Shown: positions 34,921 through 62,400 of the stretch, in pieces
Numbering within the stretch: position 1 is the first letter of the stretch
Layout of the letters: every line of letters starts with the position of its first letter
NCBI GenBank assembly: GCA_002269645.1
Contig: NIVC01002117.1
Span: 1 to 64,000, forward strand
DNA: 64,000 bases
Source of the DNA: Macrostomum lignano
Taxonomy: Eukaryota
Direction of reading: 5' to 3'
Program-made: the position numbers and the translations under genes
The notes under the pieces: model-generated
What the model was told of the DNA's origin: nothing
Seen by the model: only the letters and a program-made list of their open reading frames with translations
Database searches by the model: none

Positions 34921-37900
34921 TTAAAGGGATAGAGAAAAAGTATGAGAGATTAAAAAAATCAAGCTAGAACACTCCTTTTCACTTATAGTTCATTCAACCT
35001 AGCATGCATATATCCACCTTTGGAGCTGCTACTGTTTCCCCTGTTGTACTTTCTTGACTGCCAACTAGAAGTATATGAATTACCTACTGTTAAAGGTTAG
35101 GTTAGTGCTATTTACCAAATGGATGCCAGGGGTTGCTTGATGGGATAGCCAACTAGGGTCATTGTCCAGCAACCTTCCATTGGAAGCCCCAACCATGATC
35201 CCAAGACTACTCATAATCAGCACTATATAGTGCAAAAATGTTAAAGTATGTCCTATTTGCTTCCAAATAAAACTAAAGTTCCAAAACCTTTTTCTATAAA
35301 CTACAATGCAGACTTCTTATTTTAGGACCAAAATACAAGTATAAAATATTTTTCATACAATTCAACATTATACCTTGAAACCTATGATTATTACACTTAT
35401 AGAATTGTCCATTTAGTGTCCCCATAAATAAAAAAACATATATAGTACTTATACATTAACATATAAGTATAAGTATAACCAATTTGTCTTTTTTTACTTT
35501 TTAGATAAGAGTTAACTCATCTGTTGGCAGACAAGTTGACAATAGACAAAATGACTAGAATCTTCTAATAGTAGACCTAGGGATTTCAAAGAGAATTGGA
35601 AAGCTGTTTTTAATATTTTTCTATTTCATTGATTTGATAAACCATATATGCTTGAAAATATATATAATAGTCTTTATTTTTGAAAAGTGGTCAAGTAATA
35701 AAAAAATTACTAAATGTTTTATTTCTTAAATTTTCAATATATTTTTAATGCATTTAGCTTAGGCCTATTAGTATTAACCTATTAGACACTATGATCACTT
35801 TTTCCTAAAAACTTTTTAATATCTTTGATATAACTCTTTACTTAACCAAAGTAGTTTAAGGCATATCTCAAAGAGGAGCTAAATGAAACAGCCAACCTAT
35901 TGCTAAAATTGAATCATTAACTAGTGTCTTTCTACTACAACAATTGAAAAACAATTACAATGACAAAAATAGCTATCTTGCAAGTTGCATACAAAGAAAA
36001 GGTTGAAGATAGAATCTAATATGGAAGCTACAATAGATAGAGCCACAAAGGCTACTAAGAACTCCCAAAAAAGTCTTTTTAACTATCATCAAAGCCTTTG
36101 ACACTAGCATAAGCAATTTCTTATAGGTATTGCGATTGCAAGATACATGTTTAAGCACTTTTGAAGAAAGTTGAGCTATTAAAAAAACTTTAAGACAAAG
36201 CAACATCTTTTAAAGAGAGGATAAAAGACTAAAAAATATTAAATATGGAAATCAAAAGATAAACTTACAATATTAGGGCCTAACTACAATGAGATTGTTA
36301 AAGAAATAAAACAAAAAAAGATAAAAGGAACAACTTGGTCATTTTTGGACTTTGCAAAGAAAGGGACAACAATATATCGCTTCAAAACCTTATGAAAAAT
36401 AGACTTAGAATCTTATTAAGCATAGTGCCAATAATTCCAATAAGAAAAATTAGAAAGGAAAAACAAGTTTCTACCAAAATTTCAATACAAAAATGATAAA
36501 CAGCTTTTTTAGAAACCTATAGCACTTACATAAAGCAGACTCATTATATGCTAGAATTTGAATTGAAAATTACCTAATTGGGAAGAAGAGGAACTAAAAG
36601 AATGCTAGGCCTACTGTAAAAAAAACTAAAGTGGAAACAAGCAGAAAATGAGAACATTTGAAAAATATTATTGCCTATATAAAATTTTATGCTTTTTATC
36701 TGACATTTTGACTATCTTATTCTCCTTTTGTTCTCTTGCTTTCAATTTTGGGTGCCACCAAATTTGTCAACATTTAATTTGTCAACTCTATTGAACTCTA
36801 TTGAACTATGTTGATAAATTTAGTTTATGTTACAATGCATTGTTTACAAATTTGGTTACCTGATGATATGCTATTGACTAGCTAGTATATATTTAATATA
36901 CGCGAAAAATTAAAAGATAAAAGATAAAGATAAAAGCCTACTGAGAAGATACATATAAGATAACAAAGGTGAATGATTTTTATTTGATAAGGGCCTATAC
37001 ATTTTTACAGCCTATTAAATCTTTAGATTTTAAACTTGCTAAATTGCAATAAATCCCCAGAACTATTTTTGTACTCATTTTGAAATTTGAAGTTACCTCT
37101 ATTAATAAAGGTTTATAAAAAAACCTCTATTAATAATTAAGGAGAAAAATAAACCTAGGATAAATTCTAAAGATGCAATAAAGTGTAATAAAGCATACAT
37201 AGTATATAAACACCCAATAGACTAGCTCTTAATATACTTGCATCTAGATACTTAACTATACTATATAGAATGTAATATTATATATGTAGCATTGATTGCC
37301 CAATTTGTTAGATTTTGAGTTGTATATACATAATAGCATTTAGAATATGCACTTATGAAGTCCTATTAAAGTCTTTGGTAATATTTGGCTCATTGAACTA
37401 TAGAAATTTACACTACAGTTATTGCACTAAGGAATAAACTTTATAATAAGTCTGTCTTGTTGTTGAAAATTTCACTTAACTTGTGATTTTGATTTCTTTT
37501 AATTTTTGTTGTTGACAAATTAGATATTGACAAATTCAGTATAACCCTCAATTTTATTGATATATCAAATGATAAATATATTAGGCCTATTTTTAGATTT
37601 TTTCTTTTATCTATCAATAAAAATCTAGGCAAGGCCTAATATAGCTAGAATAGCCAAGATTTCTTTTGGCAACTATGCCTAAAAAAGTTAATCTTAGTTC
37701 TAAAATACATAGAGGACTATAAATAAACTTTTTCTACCTTTGCTTTGCTAGACCTACAATTAGAGACAGAGCCTTTTATTTCTTTTTCCTCTTAGTAAAT
37801 AATCAACAACTTAGTATATAAAAAATGTTCCTTGATTTGATTAGAAACAACAAAAAAGCTAACCTCTGCTTTTGTAAAAGTAGGCCTAAAAACAATGAAA

Positions 37901-38231
37901 ATTTCATCAAATTATAAGTTCTAAAACAAAAAATCTGTTAGGAATTGATTGCTTTAAAAATAGATTATTATAGGCCTATCACTATTAGCTTTGCATTTAA
38001 TAATAACTTTTTATGCTAGAACTTATTTAAATATACAAAAGCACCTATTTTTAAGTGTCAGTTTTCTAAAATGCAATGCCATTTCTAAAAAAAATAGCAT
38101 TCTATAAAAAGCCTATCAAAAGTCATTTCTATGAAAAATATATGTATCTAGATTCTAGATATTCTAGATATTCTAGATTCTATAGTCTAGGCCTAATCAT
38201 CTGCCCTAGACATTGTGTATAATTGGCATTA

Positions 38232-38930
38232 TTTCATCTTACGATGCCCAAAATTGTATCTGTTTCATCTTACGATGCCCATGTTAAATAAGCAAGAAGG
38301 CTTTAAAAATGTATACTTTACGACGGAAGAGTGCAGTGTTTCAGAGGTCTTAAATTGAGTCACACAGTTGGTTTGTACTTCTGACTATATTTCCATGGAA
38401 ATGTCACGACTTACATGCTTTAACATTGTGTCCGCCCTTATTAGCAACTGAAGCTATTGAGCCATTATAATCTGTTTCATTTTACGATGCCTTATGAATA
38501 ACTACAACGTCACGTCTGGGGCATCACGAAACGAAATGGATATTATAGGCCTGGTGGGCGATTATAACTTATAATATAATATAATATAATATAAGAACGA
38601 TCCTAGTGGGCACTTCGTAGCCATGGCTGAAGAAGCGGTAAACAAATTTAAGGACCCGAAGTACCCCCCCCTCACTTTTGTCTTACGATGCCCAATGAAT
38701 AATTCTAACACTTGCGGCATCGTAAAACGAAACAGAATATATAGCGCTTGACTTTCATTAATGAACAACAATCCGTCAAGTATATGAAATACAAAATATG
38801 TGTATTGCCATAAAACGAAAATTATACAGAAACTAAACCATCACGCCTATGCCATATGCTTTATATGGGCATCATAAAACGAATGGGGGCCATCCCATTG
38901 AAATGCATAGCAGGCATCGTAAGACGAAAG
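38232..38930. repeat. Cluster of ~9 dispersed 17-18 bp motifs (TTTCRTYTTACGATGCCC) in both orientations, MITE/foldback-like
   Basis: Forward copies at ~38232, 38263, 38475, 38676; reverse copies at ~38518, 38716, 38808 (partial), 38868, 38913. Confidence 0.65.
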
Positions 38931-39924
38931 AATGCCATTTGGTTTACTCTAAGGGGGACTAAGTCTGCGTAATTATCGTAAAGTCCGAACATAAACAGTG
39001 ATTGTACACGTAAAAATTAGAGCACAAGAATGAGAGGAAAAGAAAATATTCACAGAAAATTTAGGAAAATTCAAGGAAGCAGTTGCTGATAAAATGACAA
39101 GTGTCACAAGTTATATATAAAAGGGACTTGTACATTTGATCGGCAACACACTGCCAAAATATTAGCAGCTATAAAACTCCTATGCTTTGAGTCTATACGA
39201 AATCAATCATAAAAACACAAAACAAGAACACTACACTACACAACAAGCACTGAAGCTTCGAATTTTCAATAATTCTATTCTAAGTCATACGATTAAGATT
39301 TTCTAGAAAATTAATTGAATTAAAATTAACTAGGCCTATTCGTATATTTAATATTTACGGTAAACGACTTCATCTAATTAGACTGTATTTAATTTTCCAT
39401 GGGCAACGTGTTTATAATTCAAGGATGACTTAGGTAGACTACTTTTAAAAGTCATCCTTGCATTTATTATGAATTAAAATATTCTATAAAAAACGCTCAT
39501 AACTCACAAACATTTTCATAAAGAACTCTTTCGACTCACCAACAAATAAAAGAACCATTGGCTCTTACTGACTTTTACTGATTACTCTTACGTGCGACAA
39601 CCCCTAATACAGGATCTTTGATTGGCTGTCACAATTAAACTGTCAAACTATTCAGCAATCCAGCTATACCTCTATGATGCTTACATCAACTGCTGTCTGA
39701 CACCAGTAGCGTAGCGTGCTAGGTTTTTTGTAGGTGCATGGTATAGTGACCTCTTTTTCTACTACTGAATTTCTTCAATCGACAGCCGTTAATACTGGAT
39801 AATAGAAATATATAAGTGTCAAAACATGATAAGCAATGAAAATGGAAAAGACAAGAAAATGCTTTTTATGAGGTTTGAGTATGTCTGTGTGAGGATATTC
39901 TGTTCGACGCAACAGCACAACAAC

Positions 39925-40670
39925 AAAACCGACGCAGCGATACAGCGCCTTGTTGGAAACTCGCTCGCCGGCGATCTTAAAGGCGGCGCGCAGCAACAGG
40001 CCAGCATTTGCCGCGTCTACAATTGCTGCTCGAGCGAGCTTCCACGTCCAGGTGTCAGGTCTCAGCGCTGTACATGTAGACGCAGCTATCCTCGATGACC
40101 ACTGGCCAGGTGTCTCTGGTCTTCCCCAATCTGGGCCGCATACATCCGCATGTGCTGCATACATCACACTGACTGACAATCGCTCGATGTCAGCGTGCAT
40201 TCCAGGCCACCAGCAGGACAAGCTCATGAAGTTGAGTGTCGCCAGGACGGTCTGGACCACCGCCTGGAACAACGCCGCTCTCTAGCGGTCAGGTAGCTTC
40301 GGACCGCAGGACTGCCCTCAGAACGAAAGCAGCCCAGGCAAGCCCGCGGCGACGCCGCAGATTCTCCAGATCCTCGCGAACGCCGGAAACCAGACCAGAG
40401 GTAGATGAACTGCTGACAATGCGAAAGCTCCGTCGCCTGCTGTCCATCTGTACCTCCGCACAAAATTGCTGCCTCGATGTCGTCTTCTGTGTGATGACCA
40501 CCAGACTGACACTCGCCGAACAGCAACATAAATGTCCAGTTGTCGCTGGGCACCATCAACAGTTGAGGACAGCAGTGCAAGATCGTCGGCGTAGCCAAGC
40601 ACGGTAATTGTCGTCGACCCACGCATCTCCGCAGCAGAAAGCCGTCATCATTGGTAGAAAGAGCAATCCG
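39925..40670 (-). mobile_element. Truncated, frameshifted non-LTR retrotransposon (RTE-like) RT C-terminal fragment
   Basis: GYADDLALLSSTVDGAQRQL (YADD motif), then RRRRGLAWAAF, FQAVVQTVL, VDAANAGLL-RAAFKIAGERVSNKALY spread over different frames. Confidence 0.8.
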
Positions 40671-42360
40671 CAGTGGACCATGTCCAAACACCACCCGCGG
40701 TCATTATGTCACAATTCATTCGACGCAAGGATAATTATTTTTTTCTGTTACACTGTGCGACTTTTCAAAAAATTAGAAAAAAAAGTAAAAACTACGAGCG
40801 TATGGGTGAAATCCGGCCTCCAAGAAAACTCGCACTATTTCGACGTATAGCGTCCTTTTTTACGATGTTAGTTGTCTGCATAGCTTAGTATGACTGCTTT
40901 ACCTGTATATTTACATGTATTTTGAAGTCAGTTTGATTGGCATTATGCCAAGACCTATTCCGCGGATTTGTACTCCTTTTTGGCACTTGCCTCTTATTTG
41001 TGCTTTATTACTCGTATTAAATTAAAAAATACTCAAAGCAAATAACTGCAAGCACAATTCATTAAGACGTGAGAATTTTGGTTAATAATTTATGAGCATC
41101 TCTCTCATACTCATAAATTTGCATTTATATATGATGAACTTGTGTAATAACTTCTACTATTAGTAGTGCGACTTGGCATATTTGTACACAAGTATTTTAA
41201 TAAGCTTAAGAGAAGCTGAAAACAAAATATAAGATTCGGTTGGAAAAACAAACGGGAACTCGGAGGGAGCGAGAGCTGCTTGGAGATGGGAAATAAACAT
41301 CAGTTTCGTGCCGCATTTCACAATAAAAGTCAGACAAGTGGCTGGGGAGAACCAGCTTGATTAAGAACTTCATCAACAGTTATCATGAAGACCAAATCAT
41401 TCACTGATATAATTCGTATTGATAATCGCTCAAAATCTAAGTGCAAATTCATGACAAAAGACGTATCTATATCTCAAAGCTTACAGTCTGGACAATGGCC
41501 AGTCGAATAGGCTCCACTGGCTTGTTGCTTCATCAGTGGATCGATGAGAATACGCGAAGCGGTACAGCGGACAACAAAGCGGGTTTCCCTACTACGCGAA
41601 TTAAAATAAATACATGTGCCTTTTCTTCAAAATAACAAACCAGACAAGAAGCAGACAAAAGCAAGAAGCAAAGATGGGCCGCTTGTAAAATTAGCCAGCA
41701 ATGATAGAGAATCGGGAAGAGCAAACTGACTACTCGGTTGGGATTCTGACTCTGGTTGCTAGGGGGTGGAAAGCATGAAAGTTCGAAACCTGTCGTTACG
41801 GAGATGCGCCAAGATTTGGAGCAAATTAACAAGTTTTAATATTAAAGGCGGCGCGAGCAGGCATGCGAGGCTGCACATGGACTGCAGGGTAGATTGGTGG
41901 TGCAGGGGCAGCTGGTACAGGGGCAGGGAAATGTAATGTCCTATTCGCATATAACCACCGCCGCTGCTGTTGCAGCTCGTCTACCCGATTCCCCGGCGAT
42001 TGCCTCGCCTCTCCTCTTTCCTTCTTTTGTATTATTGTGTGCGCGTATATTGCCCCTTCCGTCTCCACCCCCTGGGAAAAGGGATTTGACGGCCGAGAGG
42101 ATTAGGGAGACCCTCGCTGAGACGAGCTGGGAAAGCCCCGTGAAGCTAAGGTTTGGGAGGAAAAGGCTGCTTTTTCTCGTAGTAAGAAAATGAGGAGCAG
42201 GGAAAACACAGCTGGAGGGACAAAGAGCAGTTCGGATGCAGTCCCGGAGAGTGCCGGGTGTGTGGGCCTTGTTAGTTTTTCTCATTTTGCTCCTTCCCTT
42301 TCCTTCTTTCGTAATACGAATAAATTTTCTTCTTGATTCGTCTCTCTCAGCTCGCGGGCC

Positions 42361-55696
<13,336 letters not shown>

Positions 55697-58554
55697 GAGG
55701 CTGCGCGCCTGGCGCCACAGAATCCGAGATAGCGGAGGCGCCGGCGGAGGGAGACCGGGATAGGTGTGGCCGGGGCACCGACCACAGGTGGGCTGGGAGG
55801 GGGCAAAACTAATTCTGGATGACCCGGCAGGGCTTGAGACTGCCCTCCGCGCCCGAGCTGTCTCGCTCTGTTCAACAAGTCTTTATTCCAGCCTACTTAA
55901 TGATAAATAGTTTTTTGCTATAAGCCGGGACCTCTCCGTTGCGCCGTATCCCCTTTCCTCCGTTCTCTTTTTCCTCTCCCCGCTTCTGGACTTCCCTTCC
56001 TTCCTTTCCTCCTCTCTTACCCCTTCGTCTCCTTCTCGTTCTACCCTCCCAAAGCGGGGTGGGCGAGAGGACGACTGAGGATTTTGGGCGAGTGTGTGAA
56101 GGGGGCGGCAGCGCGTGGTGGTGGCGGGGCGTGCCGGCCTGGGCAAGGCCGCGGCCGGCCAGTGACGTTGCAGAAATCAATTGGGCCAGGCCTGATAGGT
56201 TGAGGTGCAGGGGACTGGGACAGGGCCGGGCGCGGGGGTACGGCTTTGCAGCGGTCGGCGCTTATGCAAACTGTAGGAGGGTCTGTTGTACAGATTGCTC
56301 CGCTGGGAGTGGGGAGCGACCCATCTGTGGGAGGCTTAGTTGTAGGGGGTGGGGGCAGCACAGACAAGGCGGGCAGGCCAGTGAGCGGGGGCAAGGGGGA
56401 GGAGCCCGATGGGGTCCAGAAAGGGGAGCAAGGTGCTGCGATTCTGCTGGCTAACTTGCTTCTAGCCGGCACTTTCTCACCTGGGAAGGGACCGAGTTTG
56501 AATGCTACTAGCAACCTAGATAGCGATGCGAGCTTTATTGGCATGCGTAGGAAAGCTCGGACACACCCCCCCCCCCGACTCGGCCAATCAATCAGTAATA
56601 TAATAGGATCTGAAATCGAAATCCAGCTAGAATTGAGAGGCTGCAGCCTGCAGGAATTTTTTGCCCAGACTGCCTGGAGTCTAACTTAGCTCAGTTTGAA
56701 AAGAGAATTGCTCTCTGTATGTGTCAGAGCAAGTCCGGAGGCGGGGGTGTCTTTAGGGTGATGGAGGACTGGCTGGAGGCACCCCAGCCTCCGTGCTTCA
56801 TCGATAATTGCACTTCATTTTCGGCATTCCGTGGCCTCATGCCCGCCTGCTTTTTTCTTTCTCTATCTTTTTTATCGATTCTCAGAGTTCTCAGAGTTGA
56901 CAGAGACTCGAAGAGGCGGACAGCAGCAACGGAGGAAGGTCCTGGCCCCGTAGCCAGGGCTGTCGGAGTCGCTTGAATTTTTTTGTTCCACTCCGACATT
57001 GACTCGCGGGCCTGCAACAGGGGGGGGGGGGGCGATCTGCCCACCCCTATCAGGCAGTGGCCGGCGTCCCGATGAAGGGAATCGAGGGAACTGGTGGGGA
57101 GGGCGAATAAGGGGAGAACCAAATGCCATCGAAGAGGGATGAGGCCGGCCAACTCGCTCCCTCCGTCGTAAATCTTTCGCCCCGGCGCAGCTGCTGCGGA
57201 GGCTGGGGGAGAGCTAATTAGTGCTATAGAGACAGGGGGGTTCTTCAGCTTCCTCCCAGCCAGGGTTCGGTGCCCCTCAGTCATTTCGCTCCCTTCCAGT
57301 TCGCTAGGTACGTAGCGGAACCTGGCTGGGTCGCCCAAATTACTGCCGGGCGATGACGTCGAAAGCGTCACGATTGCCGAGGATGCGGGAGCCGCGGCGA
57401 TAAACCGCTTGTGACTCGGTTCTGTCGCCAAACTTTTGACCTGCTAGTCCCCTCGTTCCAAGGCGAAAATGTCTACTTGGAGCGACCAAGGAATTACGTA
57501 CCGGATGCGGGACAGCATTGTAGAGGCCTGGCGCTTTCCTTCAATATGTTCTCGAGGACTATTGCGTTTCTTGTTGAAGAGTTCAAAGTGCAAGCCGGCG
57601 AAGGCAGGCCGCAAGGTGCGGTGAAAATCGAGGCAGTCTGGCGGAAGCTATGGAAGGTTGGCGAAATTAACGAGAGCTTCGCCCTTTCTTTCCTCCGCCG
57701 TTTCTCCTTCCCTCTCTATCTCTGGTTCTGCGTCCTTCTGAGAGAGAGAGGCGCCAAGGATAGATGAAGCATGCACCGGACTACGGGGGTCGAGGAGCGA
57801 AAGCTGTTCGAGAAGCTTAGCGGATAAATTCCGCAAAAGGCCGAAGCCGGGAGGGCTGGAGGTCCGGTGGGTGCCCCCACCCAGAATTCCGCAGCGTGCA
57901 CTATATATTTTATTGCCTTCTGAGCCAGCAGCCAGCTGCTGGTTGGCGGATTCGACCCCTCTGCTGCCCTGCGCCCCGTGTCGATCTCTGATTTACTGCT
58001 TGCCCACCTTGTCTCCTGCTGCTGCTATTCCATGCGGAACATCTGCTTTTAGTGCGGCATAGGCATAGCTTTTTAATGACGAAAGCGAGTGGCTTTCAGT
58101 CCGAGCTCACTTCTGCTTTAAGATGAAGCTGAGGATGTTTTCAATCTTCTGCTCGGGAATGATATCATCTCTCTGAGTTCAAACTGGCCTTTATTTTGGC
58201 CCCGGGAAGTCCGTATAGACACTTGAACTATCTTTTTTAGACACTTTAGGCGCACTAAGCACTACTTGTGAGTAGAGCATTAAGCGAATGACGAAATTTC
58301 TAGCTTCACTTTTTCCAAATACTAATAGCTTGCTAAAAAATTCACTAACAAAAACAGAACCCAACTGTCAGCAAGATGATACGATCCTATAATGATTTAA
58401 CCGATGACAGCTGATGACAACATTTTCCATAGCAACTGGAATCGAAACTGGACTGTTATCATGAGTCCTAATTAAGGAGAAACAAAAAACCTTGTATAGT
58501 CATTCTACCACGAAAATCTATACATTCAAAAATGGATTGATTCTAAGAGAAACA

Positions 58555-58814
58555 CACCATAGACACTGACTGTGTGGATTCTACCACACCATAGACACTG
58601 ACTGTGTGGATTCTACCACACCATAGACACTGACTGTGTGAATTCTACCACCCCATAGAAACTGACTGTGTGGATTCTACCACCCCATAGACACTGACTG
58701 TGTGGATTCTACCACACCATAGACACTGACTGTGTGGATTCTACCACACCATAGACACTGACTGTGTGGATTATACCACACCATAGACACTGACTGTGTG
58801 AATTCTACCACCCC
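58555..58814. repeat. 32-bp minisatellite (CCATAGACACTGACTGTGTGGATTCTACCACA)
   Basis: 8 copies. Confidence 0.95.
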
Positions 58815-58815
58815 A

Positions 58816-58930
58816 TCCTATATACTAAAAATGTGATGTCTATATATATATATGTGATAGATTAGAGAAAAAATGGCTGGACCGATTTTGTTCGAACTTG
58901 CACTGTTCGATTAGAAATTTTCCCGTGACG
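58816..58930 (+). mobile_element. Probable Helitron-like 5' terminus
   Basis: A|TCCTATATACTAAAA start, a short (TA)n microsatellite, then GGCTGGACCGATTTTG, the layout typical of animal non-autonomous Helitron 5' ends. No 3' hairpin-CTRR end was seen. Confidence 0.45.
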
Positions 58931-59444
58931 GTACATGCATCGTGGCTAAGAAATTGCTCGATGCTAAAGGCATTAAATATTCGAAAAACATGCTTTTTTG
59001 CAAAGGTCAAGCAAACTTTTTGACTTGAAATGCATTGTAAGAATGCTAGAGAAAAACTGACTGGTTGAATTCTGACTCTGAAATAGATTGCATCATAACT
59101 GAATTGTAACTCCGACTTGAATTGAAAATGCAGTTTGGAAGCGTAGCACCAGACTTGATTTAAATTGCGTAACCATATTGTTAACTGATACTGACTGACT
59201 GAGAAACTGATTATGTCATAACTGCTTCGTGTGATTTACTCTATGCTTGGATTTAAAAGTGTTGAGTTATATAAGTGCAAAAGTTGATGTTATCAAAATG
59301 ATGAGAGCTAGCCTAAAGGTGAACAAACTGAACTGCTAAATGCAGTGACGATGGTTTGAATTTTCGATGGTTTGAATTTGAGTATAATTTTTTTAATTAA
59401 AGCTTTTCAACGTCAGGAAAACTAAAAGACTTTTTAAAAAAAAG

Positions 59445-62400
59445 CGTCATATAAAAATCGTAGAAGCGTCATGTAAACAATCATAGAAGCGTCATGTCAA
59501 AAATCTTAGAAGCGTCATGTAAACAATCATAGAAGCGTCATGTAAACAATCATAGAAGCGTCATGTAAAAAATCGTAGAAGCGTCATGTAAAAAATCTTA
59601 GAAGCGTCATGTAAACAATCATAGAAGCGTCATGTAAACAATCATAGAAGCGTCATGTAAAAAATCGTAGAAGCGTCATGTAAAAAATCTTAGAAGCGTC
59701 ATGTAAACAATCATAGAAGCATCATGTAAAAAATCATAGAAGCGTCATGTAAACAATCATAGAAGCGTCATGTTAACAATCATAGAAGCGTCATGTAAAC
59801 AATCATAGAAGCGTCATGTAAACAATCATAGAAGCGTCATGTAAAAAATCATAGAAGCGTCATATAAAAATCGTAGAAGCGTCATGTAAACAATCATAGA
59901 AGTGTCATGTAAAAAATCATAGAAGCGTCATGTAAACAATCATAGAAGCGTCATGTAAACAATCATAGAAGCGTCATGTAAAAATCATAGAAGCGTCATG
60001 TAAAAAATCATAGAAGCGTCATGTAAAAAATCATAGAAGCGTCATATAAAAATCGTAGAAGCGTCATGTAAACAATCATAAAAGCGTCATGTAAAAAATC
60101 GTAGAAGCGTCATGTAAAAAATCTTAGAAGCGTCATGTAAACAATCATAGAAGCGTCATGTAAAAAATCGTAGAAGCGTCATGTAAACAATCATAGAAGC
60201 GTCATGTAAACAATCATAGAAGCGTCATGTAAACAATCATAGAAGCGTCATGTAAAAAATCATAGAAGCGTCATGTAAAAAATCATAGAAGCGTCATATA
60301 AAAATCGTAGAAGCGTCATGTAAACAATCATAAAAGCGTCATGTAAAAAATCGTAGAAGCGTCATGTAAAAAATCTTAGAAGCGTCATGTAAACAATCAT
60401 AGAAGCGTCATGTAAACAATCATAGAAGCGTCATGTAAAAAATCATAAAAGCGTCATGTAAACAATCATAGAAGCGCCATGTAAAAAATCATAGAAGCGT
60501 CATGTAAACAATCATAGAAGCGTCATGTAAAAAATCATAGAAGCGTCATGTAAAAAATCATAGAAGCGTCATATAAAAATCGTAGAAGCGTCATGTAAAC
60601 AATCATAAAAGCGTCATGTAAAAAATCGTAGAAGCGTCATGTAAAAAATCATAGAAGCGTCATGTAAACAAGCATAGAAGCGTCATGTAAACAATCATAG
60701 AAGCGTCATGTAAAAAATCGTAGAAGCGTCATGTAAACAATCATAGAAGCATCATGTAAACAATCATAGAAGTGTCATGTAAACAATCATAGAAGCGTCA
60801 TGTAAACAATCATAGAAGCGCCATGTAAAAATCATAGAAGCGTCATGTAAACAATCATAGAAGCGTCATGTAAACAATCATAGAAGCGTCATGCAAACAA
60901 TCATAGAAGCGTCATGTAAAAAATCATAGAAGCGTCATGTAAAAAATCATAGAAGCGTCATGTAAACAATCATAGAAGCGTCATGTAAAAAATCATAGAA
61001 GCGTACTGTAAACAATCATAGAAGCGTCATGTAAACAATCATAGAAGCGTCATGTAAACAATCATAGAAACGTCATATAAAAATCATAGAAGCGTCATGT
61101 AAACAATCATAGAAGCGTCATGTAAACAATCATAGAAGCGTCATGTAAAAATCGTAGAAGCGTCATGTAAACAATCATAGAAGCGTCATGTAAACAATCA
61201 TAGAAGCGTCATGTAAACAATCATAGAAGCGTCATGTAAAAAATCATAGAAGCGTCATATAAAAATCGTAGAAGCGTCATGTAAACAACCATAAAAGCAT
61301 CATGTAAAAAATCGTAGAAGCGTCATGTAAAAAATCTTAGAAGCGTCATGTAAACAATCATAGAAGCGTCATGTAAACAATCGTAGAAGCGTCATGTAAA
61401 AAATCGTAGAAGCGTCATGTAAAAAATCATAGAAGCGTCATATAAAAATCGTAGAAGCGTCATGTAAACAATCATAAAAGCGTCATGTAAAAAATCGTAG
61501 AAGCGTCATGTAAAAAATCTTAGAAGCGTCATGTAAACAATCATAGAAGCGTCATATAAAAATCGTAGAAGCGTCATGTAAACAAACATAGAAGCGTCAT
61601 GTAAACAATCATAGAAGCGTCATGTAAACAATCATAGAAGCGTCATGTAAAAAATCATAGAAGCGTCATGTAAAAAATCATAGAAGCGTCATGTAAAAAA
61701 TCGTAGAAGCGTCATGTAAAAAATCTTAGAAGCGTCATGTAAACAATCATAGAAGCGTCATGTAAACAATCATAAAAGCGTCATGTAAAAAATCGTAGAA
61801 GCGTCATGTAAAAAATCTTAGAAGCGTCATGTAAACAATCATAGAAGCGTCATGTAAACAATCATAGAAGCGTCATGTAAACAATCATAGAAGCGCCATG
61901 TAAAAAATCATAGAAGCGTCATGTAAACAATCATAGAAGCGTCATGTAAAAAATCATAGAAGCGTCATGTAAACAATCATAGAAGCGTCATGTAAAAAAT
62001 CGTAGAAGCGTCATGTAAACAATCATAGAAGCGTCATGTAAACAATCATAGAAGCGTCATGTAAACAATCATAGAAGCGTCATGTAAAAATCATAGAAGC
62101 GTCATGTAAACAATCATAGAAGCGTCATGTAAAAAATCATAGAAGCGTCATGTAAACAATCATAGAAGCGTCATGTAAAAAATCGTAGAGCGTCATGTAA
62201 ACAATCATAGAAGCGTCATGTAAACAATCATAGAAGCGTCATGTAAACAATCATAGAAGCGTCATGTAAAAAATCATAGAAGCGTCATGTAAAAAATCAT
62301 AGAAGCGTCATGTAAACAATCATAGAAGCGTCATGTAAAAAATCGTAGAGGCGTCATGTAAACAATCATAGAAGCGTCATGTAAACAATCATAGAAGCGT

